Assembly (NCBI GenBank): GCA_051874735.1
Contig: JBJEGD010000026.1
Span: forward strand, 64,001-128,000
Reading direction: 5' to 3'
Length of the DNA stretch: 64,000 nt
Source: Candidatus Bruticola sp.
Lineage (GTDB): Bacteria > Vulcanimicrobiota > Xenobia > Xenobiales > Xenobiaceae
The notes beneath the pieces are model-generated. The model was not told the origin of the DNA, did no database searches, and worked only from the letters and a program-made list of their open reading frames with translations. Positions 27,071 through 37,476 of the stretch are shown here, one piece after another (position 1 is the stretch's first letter; each line of letters starts with the position of its first letter). A program made the translations under genes and the position numbers.

Positions 27071-28519
27071 ATGTTGAAGATTATCAAAAAGCAATTACCT
27101 GTAGAACTCAATGAGGAGATGGCTTCCAATTTGAGACAAAGCCTGCAGGCTCGTTACAACTCCTTACTCCATAGAGTTCGCTTGGAGTATTTGAACCGCT
27201 TAGGTTTAGAGCCTAACTCCTGCGATTTTATGAGCACTTTGAAAGATTCTCCTCTTATTTTAGGAGAACTCTTCCTGCCCGAAGCCGGTACTATTTTTTA
27301 TATAAAGGCTAAGCGGGGCGAAGGTCTTATTCAAGCCGGAGTCATTACCAATGACGAAACTCGTGACACTGATGAGTTCTTCAGCGAAGTACGCGACATT
27401 ATGTCCGGTATTTGTGATAATCTGCCCTCCTGGCAGATTTCGGCGGATTTGTTGCCTTTAGAAATAGAGGATGCTGAAGTTGAGCCTAATCCTGCCACAG
27501 AAGAACAGCTCGCTGCTGCTAAAATGCTGATGGATCGTGAATCCCGTCAGCTTCTAGAACAGATTAAAAATGCTGGTTCAATATTTTTGAATAAGATTGA
27601 GTGTCCTGATCGCGATCTGTTAGAAAGACGTATCCACAACTTCAAAGATTTAGGGCTCTTAAGTATGGATTACGCGGTACTCTGCCACCGAACTGGTCAG
27701 CAGATCCTGCGTGTTGCTGACAAAGCAACTATCGACGAAAGCTCCCAGAAGGCTTTCAAGTGCTTTATTTGCGGTAGTCAAATTTCTGATGAACTCATTG
27801 AAGAAGTTCTCGCTTGTACGGAATGTGGCGTTACTATGCTCAGTGACCGTACTTGGCTGCTCATTTTAGTAAGAGGTATTTTAGCTGAACTCGGGATCCC
27901 CAGCAGTGCTATGAAGATCTACCGCAGCAAAGAGCTCCCAGTTCAAATATTCCTTTCTATAAATGGGTTGCGTTATCTTTTAGTCCTTTGCACTGAACCC
28001 ATCACCTTAGATCAGGCTTATCTTATTGGCGCGCATTTAGCTGCCTACAAACTGGACAGTGCTATTATTATTTCTACGGAAAAAATTACTACTCTTATGC
28101 GTTCTCACTTGGAGCAGACCAGCCCCCGGGCTAAATTTGAGTTCTTGGATAAGATGGAAGATCTCAGTGCCCATTTGCAGCGTATAATTATCGATCAGCA
28201 GCGCGATTTCTTGAGCAAGCAGTTGGAAGATATGGTTTCTCTTACCAAGGTAGATATCTCTCCGTTAGTTTTGCAGCGCATGCTCCCTATTCCTGAAAAT
28301 TTAAAGGATGTAACTGTTAGAGATGAACCTGCTGCTTCAGTTCATGCTGAGGTAAGTGTTAGCGAAGCTATTAAAGTCAGCAAGCCTTCTTTAGGAAAAG
28401 CGGCTCTGTCTATTGAGCCTAAATCAGCTTTAAATGCTGAAACAGTCGTGGAAATCATTGAAGAAAGCGGCGCTCTGGAGATTCCTTCCAAAGGTTCTAA
28501 AAAGGGCAAAAAACATTAA
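27071..28519 (+). CDS. Hypothetical protein with CxxC zinc-ribbon motifs
   Basis: 482-aa ORF; CHRTG, CFICG, CTECG; basic C-terminal tail. Confidence 0.7.
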   Translation: MLKIIKKQLPVELNEEMASNLRQSLQARYNSLLHRVRLEYLNRLGLEPNSCDFMSTLKDSPLILGELFLPEAGTIFYIKAKRGEGLIQAGVITNDETRDTDEFFSEVRDIMSGICDNLPSWQISADLLPLEIEDAEVEPNPATEEQLAAAKMLMDRESRQLLEQIKNAGSIFLNKIECPDRDLLERRIHNFKDLGLLSMDYAVLCHRTGQQILRVADKATIDESSQKAFKCFICGSQISDELIEEVLACTECGVTMLSDRTWLLILVRGILAELGIPSSAMKIYRSKELPVQIFLSINGLRYLLVLCTEPITLDQAYLIGAHLAAYKLDSAIIISTEKITTLMRSHLEQTSPRAKFEFLDKMEDLSAHLQRIIIDQQRDFLSKQLEDMVSLTKVDISPLVLQRMLPIPENLKDVTVRDEPAASVHAEVSVSEAIKVSKPSLGKAALSIEPKSALNAETVVEIIEESGALEIPSKGSKKGKKH

Positions 28520-28665
28520 TTTAGCTGATTTTATAACTTTAGTATAAACTAGTGGTGGGGGACTGCAGGGGCTCTTCGTTTGCATAGCATCGGTGGGTCC
28601 CTGTGCTTTTTATGGTTCGGTTGAGTTCGTTCTTTAGCAAATAATTATTTTTAGAGGTGAACTTT

Positions 28666-31600
28666 ATGAAAGCAGTGATTATGGCCGGCGGTGAAGGCAC
28701 TCGTTTGCGTCCCTTAACAGTGAGTAGACCCAAACCGATGGTTCCTGTATGCAACCGTCCAGTTATGGAATATACTATAGACCTTTTAAAACGCTATGGT
28801 ATAGAGACCGTAGTTGTAACCCTTCACTACAAAGCTGAAGATATTATTTCCTACTTTGGAGATGGAACCGATTTCGGCCTAAAAATTGTTTATTCTATTG
28901 AAACTTCTCCTATGGGAACAGCGGGAAGCGTCAAGCAAATTCAAGACATAGTCGGAGACGATACTTTTTTAGTTATCAGCGGTGATGGACTTACCGATAT
29001 AGATTTGGGGCGAGCTGTGGCTTTTCATAAAGAGAAAAGAGCTACAGCTACTTTAGTGCTGATGCGTGTCAATAATCCCCTTGAGTATGGGGTGGTTATT
29101 ACAGATAAAAACAATGCTATTGAGCGTTTTTTAGAAAAGCCTTCTTGGGGCGAAGTTTTTTCCGATCAAGTTAATACTGGCATCTATATTTTAGAACCAG
29201 AAATTTTCAATTTAATGGAGAAAGGTCAAAGTTACGATTTCTCTCGTGACATCTTTCCCAAGCTTTTAGAACAGAAAAAAGGGCTGTATGGTTATGTCGC
29301 CTCAGGTTATTGGTGTGATATAGGCGATATAGACCATTATGCTGCGGCTCATCGAGACATGTTTGATGGCAAAGTTCTCCAAGAAATGGTGGGAACCCAA
29401 AGAGCAGACGGGGTATGGATTGGAGAAGGCACAAAAATAGATCCTACGGCTATTTTAGAAGCGCCTCTGATGATTGGGCGCAACTGCCGTATAGGAGCTC
29501 ATACTTACGTATCATCTTACACTTGTATTGGTGATAACTGCATTATTGAAGAAGATGTCAATCTGCAAAGGGATATTATCTTTAATAACGTTTTCATTGG
29601 CGGTAAAAGCAACTGTGTCGGTGCCATTATTTGTCGGCAGTGCACTATAAAACCGGGCGTTAGTTTAAATGACAGTTCTGTTATCGGTGAAAATGTTTTT
29701 ATCGGTCGCGGAGCCTCTGTAAGAAGTCAGATTTCTATTTGGCCTGATAAGAATATTCCTGATGGTTTAACTATTTCTGAAAATTTAGTGTGGGGTAAAA
29801 AGAATTCTGAAACGCTTTTCGGACGTGACAGTATCATCGGGCTAGGCAATTTAGAAATTACTCCTGAATTCGCCATGAAGCTAGGGGCCGCTTTTGGAAC
29901 TTTGCTTCCTAAAGAGTCTACAGTAACCGTTTCCCGAGATTCTCGCCCTGTCAGCCGTTTAATAAATAGGGCTATTATCAGCGGTCTGAGTTCAGTCGGT
30001 GTAAATACGCTCGATTTGCGTTTGCTGCCTGCAGCAGTGAGCCGGTATTTGGTTAGTCGGACTAAATCAGTAGGAGGGATTCATACGCGCGTTTACCGCG
30101 ATGAATCGCGTTTAGTAGAGATTGAATTTTTTGATGAATTGGGCATCAATATCGATAAAATTCGTCAACGTAAGGTTGAGAACTCCTTTATTCGCCAGGA
30201 TTTCCGCCGTACCGATGTAGATGAAGTCGGTATTATCAGCTACATGGATGCTAGTATAGACAAATATATAGAAGGCTTTATAAGTTGCTTAGATACTAGG
30301 AGTATCAAAAATGCCAATTTTAAAGTAGTAATCGATTACTCGTATGGAACCGCTTGTCAAGTTCTTCCTTTTATTCTAAATAAATTAGGAGTAGAAACTG
30401 TTTCTATAAATGCTTATGTCGATTACGACAAGGCTAGAGAAGCGCAGGCTAAGAAAGATGATGCCCTGCGTCAGCTGTCAAATATTGTCAAGCCAGTTGG
30501 GGCAGATTTGGGCATCATTATGGATGCAGATGCCGAACGTATCTATTTAGTGGACGAAGAAGGCTCCCCCATTAAAGGGACTAATCTGCTAGCTTTGCTT
30601 GCTTTAATGGTATTTAGGCATAGCAAGGATGCTTTAGTAGCTGTGCCAATCAGCGTCCCGGGAATTATGGAAAAATTGGCTCAGCAGCAGCATGGCAAAA
30701 TTATACGTACTAAAACTGACTATCGTTCAATTATGCACAGTGCTTTTGTCAGTGAAGGGCGCATTGCGTTAGCTGGAACTTCTTCTGGCGCTTTTGTTTT
30801 CCCTAAATTCTCTCCTGGTTTCGATGCCATGTTCCTTTTGGCCGAAATGCTGGAAATGATGGCTTTTGATAAGCGCAAACTGTCTGAAATAGCTAAAGTT
30901 ATACCTCCTCACTATTCTCTTTCCGGTAGTGTCGAATGTAACTGGTCAGAGAAAGCCAAAGTTATGCGCCTTCTAGTAGAGCGTTACCGTGATGAAAAGT
31001 TGGAACTCCTCGATGGAGTGCGCATCGATTTTGATGATGATTCATCTGTATTGATGGTGCCTCATCCTTCATTGGCTAGAATTAATGTCTGGACAGATGC
31101 TTCTTCTAAAGAAAGGGCTAAAGCATTAATGGAGAGGGCTCGTTTTGTGATTCCTCAGTTAGCTAATGCTGACGAGAATGCACTGTTGAAAGAGCGCAAA
31201 GAAGACGACAATCATAATTTAATTAGTCCTACTACCATTATTCCTGAAGAGCGTGCTTTCCATTTTTGGGTACCCGGACGTTATTTAGGCGTTCAAGTGC
31301 GTAGTTTGCGCAGTTTTATCGACGTGCTGCACTATATTGAGACGGCTTCGTTGGAATATCATATGGAACGCAACGATTTCGCCAACTGGCTCAGAACTGA
31401 GTTAGGAAGATACTTAGTGGCTCTCGATTTAGAACAGATAAGTAAAGCTCGCTACAAAGGAGAAGAACTGCGCTGCCATATTTTGGAATGTTTTGGCGAA
31501 GCAGCTTCTTCTGAGTCTAGTAATTCTGTTGAGCACAATGATGATTTTGAGGAAACTCACTTCAAAATTAACGAAGATCATCATAGTCAAGAAGTTGGCG

Positions 31601-31896
31601 GTATCAGGTTTATGTCTGATCATGTTGTAAATGATATCCAGAAGGGACACGATAAAGGAGCGGTTGCAGATGCTGCTGACAGCAACGATCCTAATTTAGG
31701 TTCAGCTATAGTGGTAGAAGAAGCTTCGAAAACTAATTTAGCTAGTAAACTAAATGATGAAGAGTTTACAACTCATAAAGGCGATTTATTGTCTGAAAAT
31801 CAAGACAGCCGCTCTAAAGCTAGTCCTGGAGCTTTGGAGACTGACGGAGGTCTGAAACTCGATAATTCTTTGTCTGGAGCTAAGGCTGAGCAATAA
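28666..31896 (+). CDS. Mannose-1-phosphate guanylyltransferase / phosphohexomutase-like fusion with extra C-terminal domain
   Basis: MAGGEGTRLRPLT...PKPMVP, GTAG, FLEKP, YWCDIG, hexapeptide repeats, PGM/PMM domains (DADAER), DUF5752-like segment, acidic tail. Confidence 0.88.
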   Translation: MKAVIMAGGEGTRLRPLTVSRPKPMVPVCNRPVMEYTIDLLKRYGIETVVVTLHYKAEDIISYFGDGTDFGLKIVYSIETSPMGTAGSVKQIQDIVGDDTFLVISGDGLTDIDLGRAVAFHKEKRATATLVLMRVNNPLEYGVVITDKNNAIERFLEKPSWGEVFSDQVNTGIYILEPEIFNLMEKGQSYDFSRDIFPKLLEQKKGLYGYVASGYWCDIGDIDHYAAAHRDMFDGKVLQEMVGTQRADGVWIGEGTKIDPTAILEAPLMIGRNCRIGAHTYVSSYTCIGDNCIIEEDVNLQRDIIFNNVFIGGKSNCVGAIICRQCTIKPGVSLNDSSVIGENVFIGRGASVRSQISIWPDKNIPDGLTISENLVWGKKNSETLFGRDSIIGLGNLEITPEFAMKLGAAFGTLLPKESTVTVSRDSRPVSRLINRAIISGLSSVGVNTLDLRLLPAAVSRYLVSRTKSVGGIHTRVYRDESRLVEIEFFDELGINIDKIRQRKVENSFIRQDFRRTDVDEVGIISYMDASIDKYIEGFISCLDTRSIKNANFKVVIDYSYGTACQVLPFILNKLGVETVSINAYVDYDKAREAQAKKDDALRQLSNIVKPVGADLGIIMDADAERIYLVDEEGSPIKGTNLLALLALMVFRHSKDALVAVPISVPGIMEKLAQQQHGKIIRTKTDYRSIMHSAFVSEGRIALAGTSSGAFVFPKFSPGFDAMFLLAEMLEMMAFDKRKLSEIAKVIPPHYSLSGSVECNWSEKAKVMRLLVERYRDEKLELLDGVRIDFDDDSSVLMVPHPSLARINVWTDASSKERAKALMERARFVIPQLANADENALLKERKEDDNHNLISPTTIIPEERAFHFWVPGRYLGVQVRSLRSFIDVLHYIETASLEYHMERNDFANWLRTELGRYLVALDLEQISKARYKGEELRCHILECFGEAASSESSNSVEHNDDFEETHFKINEDHHSQEVGGIRFMSDHVVNDIQKGHDKGAVADAADSNDPNLGSAIVVEEASKTNLASKLNDEEFTTHKGDLLSENQDSRSKASPGALETDGGLKLDNSLSGAKAEQ

Positions 31897-31936
31897 TAGA
31901 TCAAAAACTGTTAGAGAAGATTAAATTCTCTATCTA

Positions 31937-31988
31937 AGCTCTTCTTAGAATTTTGGTAAAAGTTCTAACCGAGAAGAGCTCTTTTTTT
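31937..31988 (+). terminator. Intrinsic terminator
   Basis: AGCTCTTCT...AGAAGAGCT with inner stem, followed by T7. Confidence 0.6.
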
Positions 31989-32059
31989 ATCCTAGGGGGG
32001 AAATTGTTTCTTATAAAAGAAGCGCTAAAAAATTAAATTTTGAGGCGGGAGTACAGTCT

Positions 32060-32854
32060 ATGTCCTTTTGGGATGATTTGAGAAGTGAAGTCAGAGATCG
32101 CTATACTACGGGAGATATAAGTGTAGGTTTATTCAGTACTATAACTAGTTTCGGGGTCATGCCTTTACCAGTAGTACAGCCTACATTTTATATGGGTAGA
32201 TGCTATATCCTTTGTTTCGATTACATGGATTACGTAGAAAAACTTTTGGCTTGTCAGGCTAAGCAGGAAAACGTTTTTCAACTTCTGCTTTATATAAAAG
32301 AGACTGCAGCTACCTTGGGCCGATGCGTTCATCACGCTGTTGGTCCTATAGAAGAGATTCTTTCTGCCATAGATGATATTTTTGATGAACGTATGCGCAA
32401 ACTGGAAGAAACTTTAGCTGAATCAATTATTGAAGAGGCTGAAGAAGAAGCTGCTGATGAGCTTGAAAATGAAAGCAATTCTGACGATTACGATGAATTC
32501 AAAAGAGAGCGCACTCTTATGGCAGCTAGTCTTCAGGAAAAGTTTGAAGCGGTTGATATATCCTACACTGTAGCTGTGGAATTGTCTATGCGTTTAGCGG
32601 CTATGTATGACTGTTGTACGCGCTATGTTCGAGATTTAAGGGAACTCAATTCGTCTGAAGTTTTAGGTGAAGTCGTTATTTTTATGCGTACTTTTATAGA
32701 TGTGCAGCATATACTCGATACGCAGATGCGTCAGCTTCTTTTGGAAGATGTCTTTATGGAAAGAAGCAACTTATTCTCCACAGGTTTAATGCCTTGGATT
32801 AGTCATTCTGTAGGTGAATTAGTCCATCAAATTAACGGATTAGAACATGAATAA
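32060..32854 (+). CDS. Hypothetical acidic helical protein
   Basis: 264-aa ORF, GGGAG RBS, 18 bp from next gene. Confidence 0.7.
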   Translation: MSFWDDLRSEVRDRYTTGDISVGLFSTITSFGVMPLPVVQPTFYMGRCYILCFDYMDYVEKLLACQAKQENVFQLLLYIKETAATLGRCVHHAVGPIEEILSAIDDIFDERMRKLEETLAESIIEEAEEEAADELENESNSDDYDEFKRERTLMAASLQEKFEAVDISYTVAVELSMRLAAMYDCCTRYVRDLRELNSSEVLGEVVIFMRTFIDVQHILDTQMRQLLLEDVFMERSNLFSTGLMPWISHSVGELVHQINGLEHE

Positions 32855-32872
32855 AAATTGGAGATGTGAACA

Positions 32873-33649
32873 ATGGCTGCCAATATTGTTGCCTTATTAA
32901 CTGATTTCGGTTCTCAAGATTCGTATGCGGCCATTGTTAAAGGGGTTATTTGGAAAATAAATGCTGACATTAAGTTAATAGATATTACTCATAATGTTCC
33001 TTTAGGAAAAATAAACAGGGCCGCTTTTCTGTTGGAATCGTGTATTAATTGGTTCCCGGAAGGTACCGTCTTTTTAGCTGTAGTTGATCCCGGAGTCGGC
33101 AGCCAGCGCAAAGCGATAGCTATTCGCGGTGAAAAATATTTTTATGTAGGCCCTGACAATGGCATTTTCACTTTAGCCCTCAAACGCGATCCCTTAAGGA
33201 TGGCTGTAGAAATTGCAGTTGGAGCAGATAAAAATAAGGAAATAAGCAACACTTTCCATGGTCGCGATCTGTTCGCTCCAGCTGCAGCCAGATTAGCTCA
33301 GGGAGAAGATGTGCGAATGTTGGGATCTGAACTGAAAGAACTAGTTAAACTGAATATATCAAAGAATCGTTTATCAGATCAAATCGGTCAAGGAAGTATT
33401 CTTTGCATAGACAGCTTCGGGAACTTAATCACTTCTTTGTGTAACCTCGAGGTGCGCAAAAAAGTAGTTGCTGCTGTTGTCAAGGGGCACAGATTTCCTA
33501 TGTGCAGAACTTATTCAGAGGTAAAAGAGGGTGAGGGGCTAGCCTATTGGGGGTCTTCGGATTACTGTGAACTGGCTGTTAACAAAGGTTCAGCTGCCGA
33601 CTTAACCCAGGCTCAGGAAGGAGACTTAGTTTCCTTTGAGCTTATCTAA
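32873..33649 (+). CDS. SAM hydroxide adenosyltransferase (DUF62, chlorinase/fluorinase family)
   Basis: LLTDFG, IDITH, VVDPGVGSQR, GPDNG, TFHGRDLFAP, DSFGNLIT, ELAVNKGSA. Confidence 0.93.
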   Translation: MAANIVALLTDFGSQDSYAAIVKGVIWKINADIKLIDITHNVPLGKINRAAFLLESCINWFPEGTVFLAVVDPGVGSQRKAIAIRGEKYFYVGPDNGIFTLALKRDPLRMAVEIAVGADKNKEISNTFHGRDLFAPAAARLAQGEDVRMLGSELKELVKLNISKNRLSDQIGQGSILCIDSFGNLITSLCNLEVRKKVVAAVVKGHRFPMCRTYSEVKEGEGLAYWGSSDYCELAVNKGSAADLTQAQEGDLVSFELI

Positions 33650-33724
33650 AAAATTGCTTAAAAAAAGTTAAGCAAAGCAGACCTTGAAAAAACGTATTTT
33701 TATTTAAAGTTGGCAATAGTAGTT

Positions 33725-33922
33725 TTAGAAGATCTGATATTGATTGTGTACTTCCACATTGGTGAAGCGTTCTAAATAGTTAATCACAGTTATTAAAGCT
33801 ATAATAGCAAAAACAATCCAGAAAAAAGGACTTTTAAAAATTTTTGCCCATATTCCGGGTTCAGATATAGTTTCTAGATTGTTGTTATCTGTTTTGACTG
33901 ATTCTTGGGGCTGTTCTGTCAT
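33725..33922 (-). CDS. Small single-TM hypothetical protein
   Basis: GAGG upstream of ATG 33922; PFFWIVFAIIALITVI helix; fills the intergenic gap. Confidence 0.55.
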   Translation of the reverse strand: MTEQPQESVKTDNNNLETISEPGIWAKIFKSPFFWIVFAIIALITVINYLERFTNVEVHNQYQIF

Positions 33923-34056
33923 GAATAAGGCCTCATTTTCTAGGGATAGAACAGCCAAAACCTTCGTGTTAAGATGACAATTTGCCTTTTTTGAAACAGC
34001 TTTGTAAAGCCGCTGATGTTATTTTTTTCAGCTGGTTGACAGATAGGGGAATTAAT

Positions 34057-35538
34057 ATGAATGCTGCTTATATTGAACGTCAGAGTCGAGCACCTATTTA
34101 TGAAGCTTTAGAGGAATATATTCAAGAAGCGAATGTTCCTTTTCATATGCCTGGACATAGTCTGGGTAGAGGAGCTGATCCTTATTTGCAAAGTTTAATG
34201 GGAGCTAAGGCCTTAGCAGCAGATATCACTCAAGTGCTAGATATGGATGATATCCATCGTCCCTACAGCTACACTAAAAAAGCTCAAGAATTGGCAGCTG
34301 AATGTTTTGGAGCTGACAAAACTTGGTTTTTAGTGAATGGCTCTACTTGCGGTAATCAAGCTATGCTTTTGGCCTCTTTAAAAACTGGTCAGGAGGTTAT
34401 TATGCCTCGCTGCGCTCACCGATCTCTGCAAGCTGGATTAGTTTTTTCTGGTGCGGTACCTCGTTATGTCTCTTCTCCGTACGATAAAGAAGCTGGGGTT
34501 AGTTTAGCAGTTGAATGCTCTGATATGGAGTACTTACAGCACAAATACCCTAATGTGATAGCTTGGGCTGTTACTAGTGTCACTCCTTATGGGGCCTGTG
34601 CTGATATCAACACTATAAGTACTGCAGCTCATAATCATGGACTGCCTCTTTTAGTCGATGAAGCTTGGGGCCCCCACTTCGGTTTTCATCCCGATTTGCC
34701 CCAGTCTGCTATTTCCCTGGGAGCAGACTGCTCAGTGCAGAGTGCTCATAAACTTTTAGCCGCTCTTTCTCAGGCTTCTATGCTCCACATAAAAGGCAAA
34801 AGGCTCAATTATGAACGTTTTAACTTGACTTTGCGTATGCTGCAGAGCACTAGCCCCAACTATTTGCTTTTAGCTTCGTTAGATATTGCGCGCCGTCAGT
34901 TGGCTTTGCATGGCTATCAGGATTGGCAGAGAGCTTTAGATTCTGCTGAGAGAATACGTCAATTTGTGCGTCATACTGAGGGACTACAGCTTATGGAACA
35001 GGGAGCGGCTTTTAACTACGATAAAACCAGAATTGTAATTTCTGCTCTAGATTTGGGTATAGATGGAGTCGAGTTAGAAAGAACGCTGCGTTATCGTTTT
35101 AAAATTCAGCCGGAAATGTCCGATATGCGCCAAATCGTTTTAGTTATTACGCCCGGACATACTTCTAAGGACTTAGATAAACTTGAAGCAGCTCTTAAAG
35201 AAATTGCCGAAGCTCCTCACGGCTGGGTTTCTGCTGAAGGGGTTAAAGCGCCACTGCGCAGAGCTGCTTCTTTAGACTTTCCTGGTTTTCCTGAACAGTT
35301 AATGAGTCCTCGTCAATCTTATTTTAGCTCTTCTAAATATGTGCCTTGGGAGCAAGCTTTAGGAGAGGTTTGCGCTGAATTGATCACTCCTTATCCGCCT
35401 GGTATTCCCTTAATATGTCCCGGGGAAAGAATTGAGCGTCCCCATTGGGAGTACTTAAAGGCTCTTAACAAGGCTGGAGTACCTATTGATGGGTTGAGTG
35501 ATCTTTCTATGCATCAAGTTAGAGTTATAGTTGGATAA
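34057..35538 (+). CDS. PLP-dependent Orn/Lys/Arg decarboxylase (YaaO-like)
   Basis: FHMPGH, LVNGST, VDEAWG, QSAHK (PLP lysine), STSPNY, PYPPGIP. Confidence 0.92.
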   Translation: MNAAYIERQSRAPIYEALEEYIQEANVPFHMPGHSLGRGADPYLQSLMGAKALAADITQVLDMDDIHRPYSYTKKAQELAAECFGADKTWFLVNGSTCGNQAMLLASLKTGQEVIMPRCAHRSLQAGLVFSGAVPRYVSSPYDKEAGVSLAVECSDMEYLQHKYPNVIAWAVTSVTPYGACADINTISTAAHNHGLPLLVDEAWGPHFGFHPDLPQSAISLGADCSVQSAHKLLAALSQASMLHIKGKRLNYERFNLTLRMLQSTSPNYLLLASLDIARRQLALHGYQDWQRALDSAERIRQFVRHTEGLQLMEQGAAFNYDKTRIVISALDLGIDGVELERTLRYRFKIQPEMSDMRQIVLVITPGHTSKDLDKLEAALKEIAEAPHGWVSAEGVKAPLRRAASLDFPGFPEQLMSPRQSYFSSSKYVPWEQALGEVCAELITPYPPGIPLICPGERIERPHWEYLKALNKAGVPIDGLSDLSMHQVRVIVG

Positions 35539-35631
35539 AACTTTAGATTCTTTCTTTTTGGAGGAACAAAACTGCGGTTAATTAAAATACATCCTCATTT
35601 TTGGAACAGATAAGAGGTTCTTCTCTGCATT

Positions 35632-37461
35632 ATGAATACAGACTCATCTGGACAGTTAGTTATCGCGTCCGATAATCTTGAAGAGCTGATGTGCGTTTTT
35701 CCCGTAGATTGGTGTGAAGGATATGCCAGTTTAGGGCGTCCAGCTGATGATTTAATTGAATTTGTCGCTGATTTAGGGCGCCTTCCTATGGCACGTTTCC
35801 AAGATGAAATATGTACTATTAGCGATTATCCGGTGAGCTACGGCGATCTGGATTATATCGCTTCTTATGTTTCTTCTTTCGGTTCCGATAATAGAGCCGG
35901 TATAGATGCTACCTTGCATCGCATTTCCGCTATCCGCAATAGAAAGGGAAGAATTGTAGGTATTACCGCTAGAGTGGGCCGAGCTGTTTACGGAGATGCT
36001 GACATTATAAAAGATGTTGTTAAAAGCGGTCGGAGTATTCTGCTGTTAGGACAACCTGGCGTTGGTAAAACTACGGTTTTACGTGAAATTTCGCGTGTAT
36101 TGGCGGATGAATTGCACAAAAGAGTGGTTATTGTTGACACTTCTAACGAAATTGCTGGTGATGGTGATATTCCTCATCCGGGAGTTGGAGCGGCTAGGCG
36201 TATGCAGGTGGCTGATCCGATAGAACAGCATAAAATTATGATTGAAGCTGTCGAGAATCATACTCCTCAAGTTGTTGTCATAGACGAAATTGGTACCGAG
36301 GCTGAAACTTATGCTGCTAGGACAATTGCTGAGCGTGGAGTTATGTTGGTAGCTACGGCTCACGGTACTAAACTGGAAAATTTAATTCAAAATCCTTCTT
36401 TATGTGATTTAGTAGGTGGCATAGAATCTGTAACTCTCTCTGATGAGATTGCCTTTAAAAAAGGTGGGGGACACAAAGCTATTTTAGAGCGCAAAGCTCC
36501 GCCAACTTTTGAGGTAGTTATAGAGCTCAGAGATCGTCATACTTTTGCTATTCACAAAAATGTGGCTGACTCTGTTGATGCTATTTTACGTGGAGCAGAA
36601 ATAGCTCCAATAGTTAGAATGAGACATAGTTCTGAGGCCAAAGATAATACAGAAGATACACCATCAGTAGTGACATTTAAGAAAAAAAAGAATAAAAGTT
36701 TAGAAACAATGGGAGCGCAGTTAGCTCCTCAGAATGGAATAGAACTCCAGGTAAATGGTTCTGCTGTGAATATAGACAAGCCGAACAGCGTTTCAGTTTT
36801 AGCTAAATACGGTTCTTTAATTCCTAAAAATAGTGCATCTTCCCACCGGAAACAGGAAAAAATGGCTGAACTCGCTGATTCGAGCAGCCTTAATGAAAGG
36901 TTCGCCTACTTGCGCCGCGATCGCTACACAGATGAAGAGGGCAATATATTACTGGCCCAAAAAGAGGAGCGCAAACCTTGTGTAGGAACGAAGCCTAAGG
37001 TCAATATTTATCCTATTGGAGTAAGTCGCAACCGTTTAGAAAAGTTAATTGGACTCTTGGAGCTGCCTGCTCAAGTTGTACCTAGTTGGAAGTCTGCTAG
37101 CGTTGTTTTAGCCTTAGAATCTAGCCAGGAGAGTGATCCTCATCTCTTTAAGGCTATCAAAAATGCCGGACTTAAGGTCTGTCGTTTGGCTGAGAATACT
37201 TGGCCTAAAATTAAGTCTTTTCTCGATAACTATTTTGAAGATACTATTTTAAGCCCCGCTGAGTTGGCCCAACTTGAAGTTATGGAAGCTATCGAAGAGG
37301 TGCAAAAAACTGGCCGTCCCTATAATTTGTTGCCTCAAGAGCGCTCTTTACGTCGTCTGCAGGGGCAGCTGGCCTCTGAAGCTGGTATACAATCAATTAT
37401 TTATGGTACAGAGCCAGAATGTTATCTGCGTTTGCAGATGCATAAAGTTCATTCAGTTTAA
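35632..37461 (+). CDS. Ycf45/SpoIIIAA-like AAA+ ATPase with C-terminal R3H-like domain
   Basis: DNRAGIDATLHRIS, GQPGVGKT, VDTSNEIAGDGDIPH, EAVENHTP, IDEIG, ATAHG. Confidence 0.88.
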   Translation: MNTDSSGQLVIASDNLEELMCVFPVDWCEGYASLGRPADDLIEFVADLGRLPMARFQDEICTISDYPVSYGDLDYIASYVSSFGSDNRAGIDATLHRISAIRNRKGRIVGITARVGRAVYGDADIIKDVVKSGRSILLLGQPGVGKTTVLREISRVLADELHKRVVIVDTSNEIAGDGDIPHPGVGAARRMQVADPIEQHKIMIEAVENHTPQVVVIDEIGTEAETYAARTIAERGVMLVATAHGTKLENLIQNPSLCDLVGGIESVTLSDEIAFKKGGGHKAILERKAPPTFEVVIELRDRHTFAIHKNVADSVDAILRGAEIAPIVRMRHSSEAKDNTEDTPSVVTFKKKKNKSLETMGAQLAPQNGIELQVNGSAVNIDKPNSVSVLAKYGSLIPKNSASSHRKQEKMAELADSSSLNERFAYLRRDRYTDEEGNILLAQKEERKPCVGTKPKVNIYPIGVSRNRLEKLIGLLELPAQVVPSWKSASVVLALESSQESDPHLFKAIKNAGLKVCRLAENTWPKIKSFLDNYFEDTILSPAELAQLEVMEAIEEVQKTGRPYNLLPQERSLRRLQGQLASEAGIQSIIYGTEPECYLRLQMHKVHSV

Positions 37462-37476
37462 TTTTAGGGTATAAAT

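Noticed and set aside
32873-33649. Fluorinase/chlorinase
   Set aside because: Retains the Asp, Arg and His residues (VVDPG, QR, TFHG) typical of the common DUF62 SAM hydrolases
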